DNA of 64,000 nucleotides from Botryllus schlosseri (lineage: Eukaryota). This document shows, in pieces, positions 61,226 through 64,000 of this stretch. The translations under genes and the position numbers were made by a program. The stretch spans positions 21,142,001 to 21,206,000 of the forward strand of contig CM119383.1 of NCBI GenBank assembly GCA_051294905.1, given 5' to 3'. The notes beneath the pieces were generated by a model. It was not told the origin of the DNA. It did no database searches and worked only from the letters and a program-made list of their open reading frames with translations. Position 1 is the first letter of the stretch. Every line of letters begins with the position of its first letter.

Positions 61226-61843
61226 ATGGAAACTTACTGCTATTCCTTCGACCGAAAGATTGAATTGACCATTTACTTAACCAATCGAGTGGTCACCGTA
61301 AATTTTCTGCTCAAGAAAAACTTTCACGCGCGCGGTGTTGTCTTGACGGATTCCAAAGTCACGTTGAACGAGGATGGCAGGCTAATTTATAGGAATATGC
61401 AAAAGTCGCCATTTTATCGGAACATTTATCTTCCATCTACTTTGCCCGTCATATGTGACGACTTTCATTCTGCTCGTCAGACGAATATAACCGAGCATAA
61501 CCGCAATGTCATCCTGTGCACAATGTTTCAGGGGCGTTGCACAGTTGCTGCCGTTATGCTACGTCAGCACTTTAAAGCGGAAACCGCCATTTTATATGAC
61601 GTGCAACACGCCCTTATGAAATGCGGTTTGAAGCGATATGTCCCTCTCGGCATTGAACGCCCGCCATATGATGATGAAGTACCAGGGACGGTGAATGGAA
61701 ACCAGCTCCCAGTATTGTTGGTCCCTAATCCTGTACTGCAGGCGTTGCCGGCACCGCCAGCTGGAGCGGTGATCCGCACCCTAGACGGCGCGGCGGAAAG
61801 GCCGAGGCGCGAGAGCCGGGCCCCGGACCGCTTGAATCTTTGA
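61226..61843 (+). CDS. Family B protein, intact (205 aa)
   Basis: Open ORF colinear with paralogs; ends RPRRESRAPDRLNL*. Confidence 0.8.
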   Translation: METYCYSFDRKIELTIYLTNRVVTVNFLLKKNFHARGVVLTDSKVTLNEDGRLIYRNMQKSPFYRNIYLPSTLPVICDDFHSARQTNITEHNRNVILCTMFQGRCTVAAVMLRQHFKAETAILYDVQHALMKCGLKRYVPLGIERPPYDDEVPGTVNGNQLPVLLVPNPVLQALPAPPAGAVIRTLDGAAERPRRESRAPDRLNL

Positions 61844-62755
61844 TTTACAAATATTATGCCGAATAATTTCGTTTTCGATGCTTTGAAGTTGATGTCACGC
61901 CAATTTTTATGTATTTTTATGAACGCTTTTACTATTATTCACTTTAGTTAAGTTAAGTTAAGTTAATTGCATTTTTTTGGCCACCTTTGCTACTATCATG
62001 TATTGCCTTTAGTGTCGTCTTTAATTTATGTTGGCCAGTTGGTTCCGATATTCGTCATTGTTTTATGTTATTATCAATACCATTTTATCGCTTTTATCTT
62101 TCTGTAGGTCTTATCAACTGTGCATCGCATTTCTTTTAATCGCTTCTTTGTTTTTCAGATCATATTATGAAAGCGTTAGCGTACACGTGTTCTGAAACAC
62201 TAGTTAACCACTGATATGCGCCTTGAACAGAATGGGGCAGAAAAAGGTCGGTGTCAGCTCGTCGGAACACTGCGACGGTGTCAAGCCGGGATTTCAGTAT
62301 ATACGATTCTTCGTGAGAGAAGAAGTACTGTGTAACAGTACGTGAACTTTAGTGAGCATTGCGTTGTCGATCACGCCGTGCTTTCTAAAGCTTTATTTAC
62401 TGTTACATAATGTCACAATTCTAATATTAAATAGTTCTGTATAAATTGTTTGTGCTTACGAGGTCATGATACAGTGTCTTGTCTGTCTTGCATATGCAGT
62501 TCTGAGTTGTACGTGCAAGGTTTGGCAAAACACTGTTTCGTTACATGGGTTCCGGTGTAGGGAAACTTGCTGGTATGTGTGACTATCCACACTTCAAAGT
62601 GCATCAACCTGTTACCCAGGTTTATGTTCCGTGAAGTCAGCATAGTGATACGAAACATCGTAATTATCGTCGGACGTACTCGAATTAAAGTTGCGCATCA
62701 TGCGATCATTTACATAGCATACTGTATTTTCATATTCGGTTTTTCAGAATTAAAA

Positions 62756-63373
62756 ATGGAGCCTATTATCAGTTGCTATGATAACAATATCACTTTGACC
62801 ATCTATTTGCCGAACCGTATGGTGTCGGCAAATCTCTTAATGAAAGACGGTTACTTTGCGCGCTGGGTGATCAACAGTGACACGAAAGTTGTTAAAAACA
62901 CAGAAGGAGAGCTGAAGCTGAAGGTCCTGCCGGAATGCCCTTTCCACGCCAACGTATCCTACCCGCCAAATCTTCCATATTTGGCGGATGACTTTCATTC
63001 GCCGCGGCAGCAGACATCGGTTCAACACCAGGGAAATCTGTTTCTGTCAACGATGTATCTTGGAAGGAAGACGGTCGTGGGATTGATTTTCCACGACGAG
63101 TTCCAAGTTTGCCATCATGTTTATCATGACACTAAACTTTTCCTCACGCCATCTGGGCTAAAAGAAAAAGTCAAGTTGGCCGAGGAACGGCAGCCTTTTG
63201 ATAAGCCTGTCATTCCAAGAGACCGCAGCGGACGTAGACCGGTTTTCTACGTCCCAAATCATGTAAGGAAGCCGCAACCGCGAAAGCCATCTGGTGCGGT
63301 GGTGCGCGTGCTAGAGGGTATGGCGGCAAGGCCGAGGAGATTCATAAGGGCGCCATTGCGGATGGACTTATAG
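62756..63373 (+). CDS. Family B protein, intact (205 aa)
   Basis: ATG at 62756 after a ttttcag acceptor; ends RPRRFIRAPLRMDL*. Confidence 0.8.
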   Translation: MEPIISCYDNNITLTIYLPNRMVSANLLMKDGYFARWVINSDTKVVKNTEGELKLKVLPECPFHANVSYPPNLPYLADDFHSPRQQTSVQHQGNLFLSTMYLGRKTVVGLIFHDEFQVCHHVYHDTKLFLTPSGLKEKVKLAEERQPFDKPVIPRDRSGRRPVFYVPNHVRKPQPRKPSGAVVRVLEGMAARPRRFIRAPLRMDL

Positions 63374-63663
63374 TTAATAAAATAACTTTACTTTCGTTTC
63401 ATATAGTTTCGTTTTTCTCTCGCTTTTTTAAGTATTTTGACATCCAATTGTATGCTATCGCTATTACGTTTTTTTCAACTGTGCTTTACATTAATCGCTT
63501 TACATTAATCGCATTAATCGCGTTTCATATAGTTTCGTTTTTCTCTCGCTTTTTTAAGTATTTTGACATCCAATTGTATGCTATCGCTATTACGTTTTTT
63601 TCAACTGTGCTTTACATTAATCGCATGTTTCTTTCCAGGTCTTATTATCATAGCGTTAGTGTA

Positions 63664-64000
63664 ATGGCTAAATCTAACTCTGCGGCCGGCGAAGGCTACT
63701 TCGAGCAGACTGTATATCGAATTGACGACTTGCAACATCCTGAGTTGGTTAAAGTCGAAACGAAGATTTTACCGATTCCTGCTCATTCTGAACCTGAACC
63801 CGAACCGGTTCCTGATCCAGAGGACCCAAATGCTTATCTCTTGATACCAGCCGACCTGAACCGCGAAGGTCGCAAAACGCTGATAAGTCCTGAGCAATAT
63901 ATGGCTTGGTATGAAGAAAGGTTTCCTGGTCAACAGGAGAAGGTCCAGAATGAAGGTGATCTTTTCGAAGGGTCGCCTGTACAAGCCTTTTCGGAATTTC
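63664..64000 (+). CDS. Family C protein, runs off window end
   Basis: MAKSNSAAGEGYFEQTVY...DPNAYLLIPADLNREGRKTLISPEQYMAWYEE. Confidence 0.75.
   Translation, partial: MAKSNSAAGEGYFEQTVYRIDDLQHPELVKVETKILPIPAHSEPEPEPVPDPEDPNAYLLIPADLNREGRKTLISPEQYMAWYEERFPGQQEKVQNEGDLFEGSPVQAFSEF

Overview
Eukaryotic, transposon-dense DNA with no recognisable housekeeping gene. The host is inferred to be a stolidobranch ascidian, because several 24-25 nt motifs closely match my recollection of their spliced-leader (SL) exon. The window holds at least three rearranged, partly decayed copies of a large multi-gene module. The module is linked to two diverged Helitron/Helentron-type Rep-helicase genes: 2247-5917 (+, intact after removing three short introns) and ~42853-46250 (-, pseudogene). 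It carries recurrent orphan gene families: A (FPKD-F/Y-x-RPYG helical protein, 5 copies), B (~190-200 aa beta-rich protein ending R-x-P-x-R-L/M-D/N-L, 8 copies or fragments), C (acidic Pro-rich, 3 copies) and a degraded family D. It also carries a ~2.5-3 kb non-coding block with an expanding 127-bp satellite, an HSE/TATA/Inr promoter and an 87-bp G-rich minisatellite. The most striking signal is genome-encoded SL-like exons that mostly keep a GT donor. They occur at 28090, 32553, 32606, 46595-46618 (-), 49876 and 50180. They lie upstream of Rep-helicase 2, at the borders of two L1/Tx1 retrotransposons and upstream of cargo genes, and almost every cargo gene has a splice acceptor just before its ATG. 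Other passengers are three L1/Tx1 loci, RLE-type and RNase H-bearing LINE fragments, a Gypsy gag remnant and three hAT-type non-autonomous elements. No database searches were possible, and Helitron termini were not found.
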